Assembly (NCBI GenBank): GCA_036518215.1
Contig: DATDNP010000103.1
Coordinates: forward strand, 1,803-65,802
Reading direction: 5' to 3'
DNA length: 64,000 nt
Source of the DNA: Candidatus Limnocylindria bacterium
GTDB lineage: Bacteria; Chloroflexota; Limnocylindria; P2-11E
This document shows positions 9,129-18,713 of this stretch, piece after piece. The position numbers and the translations under genes are program-made. The notes beneath the pieces are model-generated. The model was given only the letters and a program-made list of their open reading frames with translations. It did no database searches and was not told where the DNA came from. Numbering within the stretch: the stretch's first letter is position 1; every line of letters begins with the position of its first letter.

Positions 9129-9285
9129 CGCACACGTTGTTGTGCCAGCAGTGACGACCGGGCGCGTGACCGGGACAGTAGCCGTACGTCCCCGAATGCT
9201 CGATGAGCGTGCCGAGCTCGCCCGGCACCGTGCTCGCCACGTGTGAGGGCGCGACGCACACGTAGCGAACGACGATGTGCGCCAT
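9079..9285 (-). CDS. Possible small Cys/His-rich protein (68 aa)
   Basis: MAHIVVRYVCVAPSHV...HSGTYGYCPGHAPGRHCWHNNVCVTLDRL. No clear SD. It overlaps the 3' end of 8577..9128 by 50 nt (convergent), so at most one of the two ends is right. Confidence 0.25.
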   Translation of the reverse strand: MAHIVVRYVCVAPSHVASTVPGELGTLIEHSGTYGYCPGHAPGRHCWHNNVCVTLDRLVRDHASLTSR

Positions 9286-9547
9286 GTCGGTACGCGAGGT
9301 GCCGCGCAACAGAAGGGCGCGCGCGAGCGTCGCCTGTGCCACGGTGTCACGGTAGATGTCCCGAGACGCGCGTTCTGTCAGGCGCGCGTCGCTGCTCGGA
9401 TGGGGCAGACCCCTAGGTGCGACCGCAAACGCTCAGGCGCACGGGGCTCCGGTGTGGCAGGGAGCTGACGCAGCCGGGTCGGCGGCATCAGCTGCTGAGC
9501 CACTGAAGAGGCGGCGGTCGCTCACACGTCGAGCGGACGGCCGGCGG

Positions 9548-9883
9548 TCAGCGCACCGGGTCGATCAACCAGTCGAAGTGAAGCCAGATGACGCGCGAGT
9601 AGCGGAGGATGAAGGGCGCGAGGAGGAGGTAGAGGGCGCCGCCGCCGAGCAGCGCGACCGCGGTGTCGACGCCGCGCCACAGGAGCGCGATGACGATGAG
9701 ACCGAACGTCGGGACCGCCAGCATGTATGAGACGACCATCGCGCCCGTGAAGTAGCCCGGCTCACGCTCGAACACGAGGCCGCAGTCGGGACACCGCTCG
9801 TTCATCGTCATGAAGGAGCGCCATACCCTCCCGCGCAGACAGCGCGGGCATCGCAGCGCCAGCGCCGCGCGAAGCCGCGACAT
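9548..9883 (-). CDS. DUF983 family protein (zinc-ribbon plus 2 TM)
   Basis: MSRLRAALALRCPRCLRGRVWRSFMTMNERCPDCGLVFEREPGYFTGAMVVSYMLAV... ATG overlaps the upstream gene's TGA (ATGA). Confidence 0.65.
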   Translation of the reverse strand: MSRLRAALALRCPRCLRGRVWRSFMTMNERCPDCGLVFEREPGYFTGAMVVSYMLAVPTFGLIVIALLWRGVDTAVALLGGGALYLLLAPFILRYSRVIWLHFDWLIDPVR

Positions 9884-10557
9884 CAGACGTAGCCGAGGAC
9901 GATCGCGGCGAGCACGATCCCGAGAGCCGCGAGGACGATGAGCGCGAGCGGGACAAGATAGAAGAGCACCACCGCGACGAGGAGGATCCGGAATGCCCGA
10001 GCGCCGGCGACCTCGTAGTGCACCTCGATGGCGCGGTACGTGATGAGCCCGAGCCACGCGAGGCACACGAGGCCGATGAGCGAGGCGACGTTCGCGAGGT
10101 CGGGGAGATCTCCGAGCGCGAGCGTCGCCGCGTCCGCCGGCACGAGCGCGAGCGCGGTGGCATACGCGAAGAGCACGAAGAGCGGAGCGAACGGCCGCGT
10201 GACGCCCGCGAGCCGCGCGGACGCGTGCACCGCGGTCGATCCGAGAAGCCAGACGAAGAACGGCGAGAGCGCCGTGGCCGTGACGACGGCCTCGAACGAG
10301 CGCTGCACGAGGTACACGATCACGCTCGTGCGGTCGCGGCCGAGCGCGTCGAGCATGAAGATGACGAACGGATGACGCGTCGGGCCGAAGAAGAAGTCGT
10401 TCACGCTCGTCTCGGTGAGCGTCCGGTACGCGACGGTCGTCGAGAGCGCCGTCGTGACGCCCACGAGGAAGAGCCCGACGAAACCGTTCCCGCGCGCGAG
10501 GACGAGCGGCACGCCCGTTCGCGGCGAGCGCACGAGCGCGGTGAGCGGGTCGACCAT
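9883..10557 (-). CDS. Polytopic membrane protein (possibly Yip1-domain-like)
   Basis: About 5-6 hydrophobic helices. Internal ATG at 10555-10557 overlaps the HDAC-family gene stop by 1 nt. Confidence 0.6.
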   Translation of the reverse strand: MVDPLTALVRSPRTGVPLVLARGNGFVGLFLVGVTTALSTTVAYRTLTETSVNDFFFGPTRHPFVIFMLDALGRDRTSVIVYLVQRSFEAVVTATALSPFFVWLLGSTAVHASARLAGVTRPFAPLFVLFAYATALALVPADAATLALGDLPDLANVASLIGLVCLAWLGLITYRAIEVHYEVAGARAFRILLVAVVLFYLVPLALIVLAALGIVLAAIVLGYV

Positions 10558-11624
10558 CACCAGGCCGCGGCGAGCGCCGCGCGCACGGCCTCATCCGTCT
10601 CGCGGTCGACCTCCGCGCGTTCCGCGCCGGACCAGCGCGGCGGGTCGGCGTCGTGCAGGTCCTCGGGGATCGGCGCGTTCAGCATGACGAGGTATTCGAG
10701 CGACCACGTCCGCCGCACCGCATCGAGCGAATAGCCGCCACCACCCATCGCGATCCACGGATACGGGAGCGACGCGAAGAGACGGACCGCGTGCTCGCGC
10801 GCGTGCGTGGAGATCTGCAGATGGGTGAGCGGGTCGGTGAAGTGCGGATCGATACCCTGCTGCGTCACGAGCACGTCGGGCCGGTAGCGCGTCACGAGCT
10901 CGGGCACGATCGCGTCGAAGGCGCGGATGTAGGCCGGGTCGTCGGTGAACGGCGGGAGCGCGACGTTGATGCTGTATCCCTTGCCGGCGCCGCGGCCGTT
11001 CTCGTCGGCGAACCCCGTGCCGGGAAAGAGCGCGCGACCGGTCTCGTGCAGGCTGATCGTGAGCACGGCGTCCGTGTCGTAGAACGCCGCCTGCACGCCG
11101 TCGCCGTGGTGCGCGTCGATGTCGACGTACGCGACGCGCATGCCGCGGTCGGCCAGCAGCCCGCACACGATGGCAGGGTCGTTGTAGATGCAGAAGCCGG
11201 ACGCGCGGCGCCGCTTCGCGTGATGCAGTCCGCCCGCGTAGTTCACGGCGACGCGCAGACGCCCGCCGATGACCTCCTCCATCGCGACGAGCGTCGCGCC
11301 GGTCGTCAGAAGGCTCACCTCATGCATGCCCGCGAACGGTGGCGTATCACCCCATGGGTCCATGCCCCACTCCGAGTAGTCGCTGTCGGGATCGGCGGAC
11401 GCCTGCATCACGGCCTCGACGTAGTCGGGCGCGTGGATCCGCTCGATCTCGTCGCGCGTCGCCTCGCGCGCGGGCAGCACGCGGGCACCCGGACGCTCGA
11501 ACGCGCCAAGCCGCACCAGGGTGTCGTGGACGCCGACGAGACGGATGGGCTTCAGCGGATGGTCCTCGCGGTAGACGTGGCGCGCGACGCGCTCGTCCCA
11601 GATGAACCCCGCGCCGAGGCTCAT
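10557..11624 (-). CDS. Histone deacetylase-family enzyme (AcuC/acetylpolyamine amidohydrolase-like)
   Basis: The catalytic core is HHGDGVQAAF...LHETG...DIDAHHGDG...GGGGY. Start set at MSLGAGFIWDE (ATG 11622-11624), overlapping the folA stop (ATGA). The 386-aa track ORF carries a spurious Arg-rich N-terminus. Confidence 0.85.
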   Translation of the reverse strand: MSLGAGFIWDERVARHVYREDHPLKPIRLVGVHDTLVRLGAFERPGARVLPAREATRDEIERIHAPDYVEAVMQASADPDSDYSEWGMDPWGDTPPFAGMHEVSLLTTGATLVAMEEVIGGRLRVAVNYAGGLHHAKRRRASGFCIYNDPAIVCGLLADRGMRVAYVDIDAHHGDGVQAAFYDTDAVLTISLHETGRALFPGTGFADENGRGAGKGYSINVALPPFTDDPAYIRAFDAIVPELVTRYRPDVLVTQQGIDPHFTDPLTHLQISTHAREHAVRLFASLPYPWIAMGGGGYSLDAVRRTWSLEYLVMLNAPIPEDLHDADPPRWSGAERAEVDRETDEAVRAALAAAW

Positions 11625-12121
11625 CCGCGGCGGCTCGCGCGGTCGAGCGTGAGGAAGCGGAACGCGTACGGATGCCGCTCGTCCTCGGGATGCTCGACGC
11701 GCTCGACCTCGCGCCACTCGCCGAGGTCGAGCTCGGGGAAGAACGTGTCGCCGCCGGCGTCCGCGTCGACCTCCGTGAGATAGAGGCGATCGGCCATCGG
11801 AAGGAACATCCGGAAGATCTCGGCGCCACCGAAGACGATGATCTCGGGCGCGTCGCCCGCGAGACGCATCGCCTCGTCGACGGTCCGCGCGACGAGAACA
11901 CCTTCGGGATGGAACGACGCGTCGCGCGTGAGCACGATGTTGGTCCGCCGCGGCAACGGCTTCCCGATCGAGTCGTACGTGCGGCGCCCCATGATGAGCG
12001 GCTTCCCGGTCGTGAGCTCGCGCACATGCTTCATGTCGTCGGGCAGGCGCCAGGGGAGGTGCCCATCCCTCCCGATGACGCGCTTACGGTCGTACGCGAC
12101 GACGAAGGCGATCCGGCTCAC
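11621..12121 (-). CDS. folA: Dihydrofolate reductase
   Basis: VSRIAFVVAYDRKRVIGRDGHLPWRLPDDMKHVRELTTGKPLIMGRRTYDSIG...IVFGGAEIF. GTG start overlaps the thyA stop (GTGA). The 477-aa track ORF is read-through antisense junk upstream. Confidence 0.85.
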   Translation of the reverse strand: MSRIAFVVAYDRKRVIGRDGHLPWRLPDDMKHVRELTTGKPLIMGRRTYDSIGKPLPRRTNIVLTRDASFHPEGVLVARTVDEAMRLAGDAPEIIVFGGAEIFRMFLPMADRLYLTEVDADAGGDTFFPELDLGEWREVERVEHPEDERHPYAFRFLTLDRASRRG

Positions 12122-13020
12122 ACCGCCATTTTGGCTTCGATGGGCGGATGGTGCTGGTACTGCTCGAGCCGCGCCACCGCGTCGAGGAGCGGCCCGGGCT
12201 TCTCGCCCGCGCGGGCCCGCGTCACGATCTCGCGGTAACGCTCGACGACGTCGTCGAGCGAACGGAGCGACGGGTCGAGCGCGAGACGCGGTGACGGATA
12301 CGGGTCGCGGCGGAGCTGCTCGGCCGCTGCGTCGAAATGGTCGCGGTACACGTGCGCGTCGCCGAGCACGTGCACGAACTCGTGCGGCAGGTAGTCGTGG
12401 AACTGCGCGACGAGATGGAGCAGCAGCGCGTACTCGGCCATGTTGAACGGCACGCCGAGGAAGAGGTCGCAGCTGCGCTGGTACATCGCGAGCGAGAGCT
12501 TCGGCCGGTCCGCCGGCGACTCCGGTGGCGCGACGAAGAACTGGAAGATGGCGTGGCACGCCGGGAGGCTCGTGTCGTCGAGCTCGCCGGGATTCCACGC
12601 CGTCACCACGTGACGGCGGCTCTCCGGCCGCGTCCGCAGCTGGTCGATCACCTCGCGCAGCTGATCGACGTGACGTCCGTTCGGCGCGATCCAGTCGCGC
12701 CACTGCTGGCCGTAATTCCGGCCGGCGTCCCCATCGAAGCGCGCCTTCGGGAGCCAGTACGGGGCGTACGCGTTGCCGTCCCAGATCCGCACGCCAAGCG
12801 CATGGAGCTCGTTCACGTCGGACGAACCCGCGAGGAACCAGAGGAGCTCCGCGAGCACCGAGCGGAACGCGAGCCGCTTCGTGGTCACCGCCGGGAAGCC
12901 GTCGCGCATCCGAAAGCGCATGACCTCGCCGAAGATCGCGCGCGTGCCCGTGCCCGTGCGGTCGTCGCGGTCGACGCCCGTGTCCATCGCCTTGCGCAGG
13001 ACGTCGAGGTACGGTCTCAC
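12118..13020 (-). CDS. thyA: Thymidylate synthase
   Basis: ...WNPGELDDTSLPACHAIFQFFV... and LGVPFNMAEYALLLHLVAQ, the canonical ThyA sequence. Confidence 0.95.
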   Translation of the reverse strand: MRPYLDVLRKAMDTGVDRDDRTGTGTRAIFGEVMRFRMRDGFPAVTTKRLAFRSVLAELLWFLAGSSDVNELHALGVRIWDGNAYAPYWLPKARFDGDAGRNYGQQWRDWIAPNGRHVDQLREVIDQLRTRPESRRHVVTAWNPGELDDTSLPACHAIFQFFVAPPESPADRPKLSLAMYQRSCDLFLGVPFNMAEYALLLHLVAQFHDYLPHEFVHVLGDAHVYRDHFDAAAEQLRRDPYPSPRLALDPSLRSLDDVVERYREIVTRARAGEKPGPLLDAVARLEQYQHHPPIEAKMAV

Positions 13021-14357
13021 GCCCTCGCCCTCCGATACACGCGACCACCGACACGCAGGTACGTCACCTGTCCGTTCGAGCGAAGGAACTCGCCGCGCGT
13101 GTCCTTCAACGGGCCGTCGAGGAGCGTGAACTGGTCGTCCGACGTGAACGCGACGCGCGACGGCGGCGGATCCTGCGGCGGCGGCGTCACCTTCAGCTTG
13201 TTGTGCGAGAACGACCGGTACACGAGCCCCGTGTCGGCAAGCTCGAGCTCCGCGTCGGAGAGCTCCGCGCTGTAGCGGCCGGCGAGCGCCTCATACCGTG
13301 GACGATCGAGCTCGACGTAGACGGGCTCGGGCTGCACGATGCCCAGCAGCTCTCGCTGCCACCACTTCGTGACCTCGCCGTGCAGCAGACCGCCGCGGAC
13401 GGAGTTCGTCTCGACGGCGATGGCGGAGTTGCGGTCCGGCGCGAGCATGAGCACGCCCTGCTGTCCGATGGCGACGCCGCCGTGGTACTGCAGCCACGTG
13501 CCCTGCACATCGCGCAGGAACCACGCGATCCCGACCTTCCGGTCGAGGTCCGCGTCCGCCATCGGCGTGCGCATGAGGTCGAGCGTTTGCTTCGAGAGGA
13601 GGCGCGTGCCGTCGGGCGCGTTGCCATCCCCGAGATGGAAGCGCGCGTAGCGCATGAGGTCGCGCGCGGTCGACACCACGCCGCCGACGGGCGCCGTCGC
13701 GCGCGGGAACGCCCATGGCGTCGCGACGCGAGGCGTCTCATCGATGATCTGGTGGCCGACCGACGTGCGATGCACGATCGCCTCGCCGGCCGACATGACG
13801 GTGTGATCCATGCCGAGCGGCGCGAAGAGGAGCGCGCGCATCGCTTCCTCGTACGTGCCCCCCGTGACGACCTCGATGATCCGCCCCAGCACCGTGAACG
13901 ACGAATTCGAGTAGTGCCAGATCTCGCCGAGGGGAGTCAGCTGCTCGAGCTCGACCATCGCGTCGACGTAGCGCGCGAGCGCGTCCTCGCCGTTCCCGAA
14001 ATCGGCGAAGCAGTCCCCGAGCCAGCCACCGGTGTGCGTGACGAGGTGCTTCACCGTCGCGCGCTTCGCGGCCTCCGCGTCCTTCAGCTGGAACGAAGGC
14101 AGGTACGCACGGACGGGCGCATCGAGCGCGACGTCACCACGCTCGACGAGGCGCATGATGACCGTCGCGGTCATCGTCTTCGTCACGGACGCGATCTGGA
14201 AGAGCGTGTCGGCGTCGACGTCGAGCGGATGATCGACATTCGTGACGCCCCACCCGCCGAGATCCTCGCGCCGATCGTGCCAGAGACCGATCGCGACACC
14301 GGGCACGTGATAGCGCGACATCGCGTCGCGCACGAGGCTGTCGAGGCGGGGATCCAC
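13017..14357 (-). CDS. Serine hydrolase, beta-lactamase/transpeptidase-like (class C family)
   Basis: 446 aa with an S-x-x-K motif (FQIASVTKTM), YSNSSF and HTGG elements. Its stop overlaps the thyA start by 4 nt. Confidence 0.8.
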   Translation of the reverse strand: MDPRLDSLVRDAMSRYHVPGVAIGLWHDRREDLGGWGVTNVDHPLDVDADTLFQIASVTKTMTATVIMRLVERGDVALDAPVRAYLPSFQLKDAEAAKRATVKHLVTHTGGWLGDCFADFGNGEDALARYVDAMVELEQLTPLGEIWHYSNSSFTVLGRIIEVVTGGTYEEAMRALLFAPLGMDHTVMSAGEAIVHRTSVGHQIIDETPRVATPWAFPRATAPVGGVVSTARDLMRYARFHLGDGNAPDGTRLLSKQTLDLMRTPMADADLDRKVGIAWFLRDVQGTWLQYHGGVAIGQQGVLMLAPDRNSAIAVETNSVRGGLLHGEVTKWWQRELLGIVQPEPVYVELDRPRYEALAGRYSAELSDAELELADTGLVYRSFSHNKLKVTPPPQDPPPSRVAFTSDDQFTLLDGPLKDTRGEFLRSNGQVTYLRVGGRVYRRARA

Positions 14358-14397
14358 GGCTAGTCATGCTAGCCGCCACCTTTTGTCGCGGGTTCAG

Positions 14398-14937
14398 CTA
14401 GGGATTCGCACGCTCCCAATCGTCGCGCAGCACTTCGCCGATCCAGATGTCGTGCCATCGGCCGTGCGTGAAGAACTGCTCGCGATGGGTACCGACGGTG
14501 CGGTACCCGCTCTTCTCGAGCGCTCGACGGCTCGCCGGGTTGTCGACGAACACTTCGGTCACGAGCTTGTGGAGGTTCAGCTCGCGGAATGCGTAGCGGG
14601 TGCGGAGCTGCATCGCCTCTGAGGCAACGCCTCTTCGCCACCACTGCTTCTCACCGATAAGGATCCCGGTCGTGCCCCGCGCGTTCAGCCAGTCGATCTG
14701 GTGAATCCCGGTCGAGCCGACCGTCTCGCCATCGACATCGATCATCCATTGGACATCGTTCTTCGACTCTCCGACGCGCTTGAAGTAATCGACCTCGTGA
14801 TAGAGCGCGACGGCCCAGCGGTGCCCGATATAGCGCGTGACCTCCATATCGGCGAACCACGACACGAAGCGCGGCGGATCGCTGTCCTCCGCGGGCCGGA
14901 GTGTGACGCGTGCACCCTTCAGGACGGGACCGAGCAT
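14398..14937 (-). CDS. GNAT family N-acetyltransferase (RimJ/RimL-like)
   Basis: Start re-set to internal ATG 14935-14937 (MLGPVLKGARVTLRPAEDSD...). Acetyl-CoA binding region is ...ILIGEKQWWRRGVASEAMQ... Confidence 0.75.
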   Translation of the reverse strand: MLGPVLKGARVTLRPAEDSDPPRFVSWFADMEVTRYIGHRWAVALYHEVDYFKRVGESKNDVQWMIDVDGETVGSTGIHQIDWLNARGTTGILIGEKQWWRRGVASEAMQLRTRYAFRELNLHKLVTEVFVDNPASRRALEKSGYRTVGTHREQFFTHGRWHDIWIGEVLRDDWERANP

Positions 14938-14959
14938 CGGCACGCAGAATAGCCAAAGC

Positions 14960-16519
14960 ATGCGTCTGCAGTTCCTCGGCGCGGCGACCACCGTGACCGG
15001 GTCACAGTTCCTCCTCGAGACGGCGCGGGCGAAGGTGCTCATCGATGCGGGTCTCTTCCAGGGGAATCCGCACGAAGCGATGCGCAACCGCGTTCCGCTC
15101 GCGTACGACCCGAAGGAGCTGTCCGCGCTGCTCCTCACGCACGCGCATCTCGATCACTGCGGCCTCATCCCGCTCATCGTCCACGCCGGGTATCGCGGAC
15201 CGATCTTCGCCACCGCGGGCACGCAGGAGCTCACGAACCTCGTGCTCCTCGATTCGGCGAAGCTGCAGGAGGAATTCTCCGAGCGCCAGGAGCGTTTCGA
15301 GGAGCGGCATCCGGGACAGGCGGCGAAGGAGCAGCACCGCGACGAGGTCGATCTCGCGATCGCGCTCGCCGAGGCGGGCGGCGAAGAGGATTCGGCCGTC
15401 GAGTCGCGCGACCCCGAGGTGTTGCTGCGCGAGCAGCTGCCGTGCATGGAGTGCCACATCAAGGGCCCGCTCTATGTCGAACAGGACGTCATCGACACGA
15501 TGCGGCTCTTCCGGCCGATCACGTATGAGAAGGAGATCGAGGTCGCGCCCGGCGTCTGGGCCACGTTCCGCGACGCCGGTCACATCCTCGGCTCCGCGAT
15601 GATCCGCCTCCGGGTCCGCGACACGGATGGCGCACCCGAGCGCGTCATCGTCTTCTCCGGCGACATCGGAAGGCCGGGCACGCCGATCATCCGCGACCCG
15701 TCGACGATGACGGATGCGGATTACGTCCTCATGGAGTCGACGTACGGCGGCCGCGAGCACGAGCCGTCCGACGAAGCGCTGCGCATCCTGAGCGAGACCG
15801 TCCAGCTCGTCGCGCAGGCGAAGGGCGTGCTCCTCGTGCCGTCGTTCGCGATCGGCCGCACGCAGGAGATCGTCTTCGAGCTCGACCGCCTCCTCGAGGA
15901 GGGAAAGATCCCGCGTCTCCCGCTCTACCTCGATTCGCCGATGGCATCGAAGGCGACGGATATCTACCGGCGGCATGCCGAGTACTTCGACGACGAGACG
16001 AAGGCGCTCCTCGCGCGGCGCGACGATCCGCTCGATTACCCCGGCGCGGACGTGACGAACGACGCCGCGGACTCGAAGGCGATCAAGACGAAGCCGCGGC
16101 CGTACATGATCGTCGCGTCGAACGGGATGCTGACGGGTGGTCGCGTCCTCTTCCACCTGCGCGACCTCATCGGCGACCCCGCCGCCACGATCCTCTTCGT
16201 CGGCTACCAGGGCGAGGGGACGCTCGGCGCGCATCTGCAGCAGGGCGCGAAGCAGGTGCGCATCGATGGCGAGATGCGCGACGTGCGTTGCCAGATCCGC
16301 TCGATCAGCGGCTTCTCCGCGCACGCCGACGAATCGGAGCTCCTCGACTGGGCAGGCGGGTTCGTGAAGGGAAAGGCGAAGGGAGCGCCGGGCTACCCGA
16401 AGCGGCTGTTCGTCATCCACGGCGATCCGCCCGCGGAAGCGGCGCTCGTGCCGAAGCTGCAGGCGCTCGGCCTCGATACCTACGTCCCAAAGTGGCGGGA
16501 GGCCGTCGCCCTGGACTGA
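14960..16519 (+). CDS. MBL-fold metallo-hydrolase with beta-CASP domain (RNA-metabolising RNase J/CPSF-like)
   Basis: LLTHAHLDHCG HxHxDH motif. A beta-CASP region (...VFSGDIGRPGTPI..., ...SGHADESELLDW...) follows. Start set at MRLQFLG (internal ATG 14960). Confidence 0.8.
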   Translation: MRLQFLGAATTVTGSQFLLETARAKVLIDAGLFQGNPHEAMRNRVPLAYDPKELSALLLTHAHLDHCGLIPLIVHAGYRGPIFATAGTQELTNLVLLDSAKLQEEFSERQERFEERHPGQAAKEQHRDEVDLAIALAEAGGEEDSAVESRDPEVLLREQLPCMECHIKGPLYVEQDVIDTMRLFRPITYEKEIEVAPGVWATFRDAGHILGSAMIRLRVRDTDGAPERVIVFSGDIGRPGTPIIRDPSTMTDADYVLMESTYGGREHEPSDEALRILSETVQLVAQAKGVLLVPSFAIGRTQEIVFELDRLLEEGKIPRLPLYLDSPMASKATDIYRRHAEYFDDETKALLARRDDPLDYPGADVTNDAADSKAIKTKPRPYMIVASNGMLTGGRVLFHLRDLIGDPAATILFVGYQGEGTLGAHLQQGAKQVRIDGEMRDVRCQIRSISGFSAHADESELLDWAGGFVKGKAKGAPGYPKRLFVIHGDPPAEAALVPKLQALGLDTYVPKWREAVALD

Positions 16520-16555
16520 CTGGCATACAGGCAGGCGTCGCGCATACTCGCCCGT

Positions 16556-17500
16556 ATGGCAGACAAGCTTCGTCTGGGCCTGTCCCTCTGGCCGCAGGGC
16601 ACGACGTGGCCCGAGCTCCGCGACGCGAGCGTGCGCGCGGACGCGCTCGGCTACGACTCGGTGTGGTCGTACGACCACTTCATCGCGCTCGGACCGGATG
16701 TCGCCCTCCCCGTCCTCGACGGCTGGAGCGTCCTCGCCGCGCTCGCGCCGCTGACGAAGCGCGCCCGGCTGGGCATCCTCGTCACGGGGATCACGCACCG
16801 CAACCCCGCGATCCTCGCGAAGATGGCGGCGACGCTCGATCAGATCTCGAGCGGACGTGCCATCCTCGGCCTCGGCGCGGCGTGGAACGAAGAGGAGCAC
16901 TGGATGTACGGCATCCCCTTCGGCCGCGACGGCGAACGGCTCGCGCTCCTCGACGAGGCGTGCCGCGTCATCCGCTCGCTGTTCCACGACGAGGTGACGA
17001 CCTTCGAGGGCGCGCACTGCGCCGTGCACGATGCCGTGCTCGAGCCGAAACCTGTCCAGCCGCGGCTGCCGATCCTCGTCGGCGGCGGCGGAGAGCGAAA
17101 GACGCTGCGCATCGTCGCCGAACACGCCGACCTCTGGAACGCGTTCGGGACACCCGAGGTCGTGACGCGCAAGCTCGGGATCCTGCGCGAGCACTGCGCG
17201 GCGGTGGGGCGCGACCCATCGACGATCGCCGTGACGGTGAACGCGGGCGTCATCGTGCGCGACACGGCCGCGGGTGTGCGCGCGCGCCTCGCGGAGATCG
17301 GCCCGGTCGCGGGCTTTCCGGATTACTCCGCGTCGAACCAGCCGTATGGCACACCCGATCAGGTCGCGGAGCGGCTCGCCGCCTACGCGCGCGCGGGCGT
17401 GTCGCAGGTGATCGCGGTCATGCCCGCGCCGTACGACGGCGAGACGATCGAACGGCTCATCAGCGAGGTCCGCCCGCGCGTCGAGAAGCTGCTCGCGTAG
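16556..17500 (+). CDS. LLM-class (luciferase-like) F420-dependent oxidoreductase
   Basis: GYDSVWSYDHF, ILVTGITHRNPAILAKMAATLDQISSGR, GLGAAWNEEE, typical of F420-dependent LLM family. Confidence 0.85.
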   Translation: MADKLRLGLSLWPQGTTWPELRDASVRADALGYDSVWSYDHFIALGPDVALPVLDGWSVLAALAPLTKRARLGILVTGITHRNPAILAKMAATLDQISSGRAILGLGAAWNEEEHWMYGIPFGRDGERLALLDEACRVIRSLFHDEVTTFEGAHCAVHDAVLEPKPVQPRLPILVGGGGERKTLRIVAEHADLWNAFGTPEVVTRKLGILREHCAAVGRDPSTIAVTVNAGVIVRDTAAGVRARLAEIGPVAGFPDYSASNQPYGTPDQVAERLAAYARAGVSQVIAVMPAPYDGETIERLISEVRPRVEKLLA

Positions 17501-17591
17501 ACGGCGACGAGCCGCGCGGCTCGGCACAACTCGTACGGCGAACACGCAACTCGGATTCGCGCGAACGCCGCGGCGGTGACCATCTCGCTCC

Positions 17592-18713
17592 GTGCGATGG
17601 CCGATCGCGCTCGCCGTCGTGGTGACCGCGTGTGCGCCTGCCGTGAGCCAGCCGGCGCCGTCAGCGTCGCCGACCGTGTCGCTCGTCGCGGTGCCGACGT
17701 CGCGTCCGTCACCGTCCGCGTCGCCAACGGTGCCGCCGACACCCACGCCGACACCGCCGCTCGACGCGTCGACGGCCGCGCTCGTCGCGCGACTCGATGC
17801 GTGGTGCGCGGACATGCCGCGGAACCTCCCAGGTCCGCCGCCCCTCGACGTCCTCGGCGCGCTCGCGGACGGACGGAACGGCAGCGAGGTGGCTCAGGTC
17901 CTCGGCAGAGCGAAGTGTCTCCTCGCCGCGAGCGCGCACGGCAGCGGTGAACGGGACGTCGTCGTCGCCGGCGCCTACACGCGGCTCGGAGCGCTGCTCT
18001 GGATAGACCGCGGGTACTGGCGGATCGCGACCGTCCCGGTCGACTTCGGCTACCTCCGCTTCATCACCGAGCGCATCGTCGCCGGGACACGCGAGCTGCT
18101 GCTCGCGATCGACAGCGGCGGCAGCGGCGGGTTCGGCGGCTACCTCGCGGTCGCCATCGCCGGTCCGAGCGCGACGGTCGTGCTGCACTTCCATCCGGGC
18201 GCAAGCCAGATGGAGATACGCCCCGTCGATGAGACCCATCTTCTTGTCACCGGACGAAAGCTGCCCGAGCGACCGTGGGGCATCGCCGCGAACTGCTGCC
18301 TGCCGGGCGGCCACGAATGGCTGTTCGAGCGCGCCGCGTCCGGCTACGCGCTCGTCGGAGAGCGTCAGGCGCAGGATCCCTCCTACGCGCTCAATGCGCT
18401 CCTTGGCGCGATCGACGCTGGTCGACCAGGCCTTGCCGCCGATGTGACGACAGCCGAGGCACTCATGAAAGCGGCCGCGTTCTTCGGCCCCGGCCGTCTC
18501 TGGTCATACCGCGCGCTCGGCGATGCGAATTCACAAGAGCGAGCCGAGCTGCTTCGCTGGGACCTACTGCCGGCACAGCTGCGGAACACGCTCGCCCCGG
18601 ACACGGTCCGGTACAGCGTCGCGCGGTACGAGCCCGCAGGGCCGACCGCGCTCGTGAGCTTCGAGCGGATCGGAGATCGCTGGCTCGCGACCGACGTCGT
18701 CGCAGCGCCCTAG
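17592..18713 (+). CDS. Lipoprotein, unknown function
   Basis: MRWPIALAVVVTAC lipobox, Pro/Ser/Thr linker, then a ~300-aa globular domain. Confidence 0.65.
   Translation: MRWPIALAVVVTACAPAVSQPAPSASPTVSLVAVPTSRPSPSASPTVPPTPTPTPPLDASTAALVARLDAWCADMPRNLPGPPPLDVLGALADGRNGSEVAQVLGRAKCLLAASAHGSGERDVVVAGAYTRLGALLWIDRGYWRIATVPVDFGYLRFITERIVAGTRELLLAIDSGGSGGFGGYLAVAIAGPSATVVLHFHPGASQMEIRPVDETHLLVTGRKLPERPWGIAANCCLPGGHEWLFERAASGYALVGERQAQDPSYALNALLGAIDAGRPGLAADVTTAEALMKAAAFFGPGRLWSYRALGDANSQERAELLRWDLLPAQLRNTLAPDTVRYSVARYEPAGPTALVSFERIGDRWLATDVVAAP

Noticed and set aside
11621-13054. 477-aa track ORF
   Set aside because: Only the last 166 aa (DHFR) are real. The upstream part is out-of-frame read-through over thyA.
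14837-16519. Upstream 41 codons of the beta-CASP ORF (start at 14837)
   Set aside because: They would overlap the divergently transcribed GNAT gene start. The conserved MBL sequence begins at MRLQFLG (14960).
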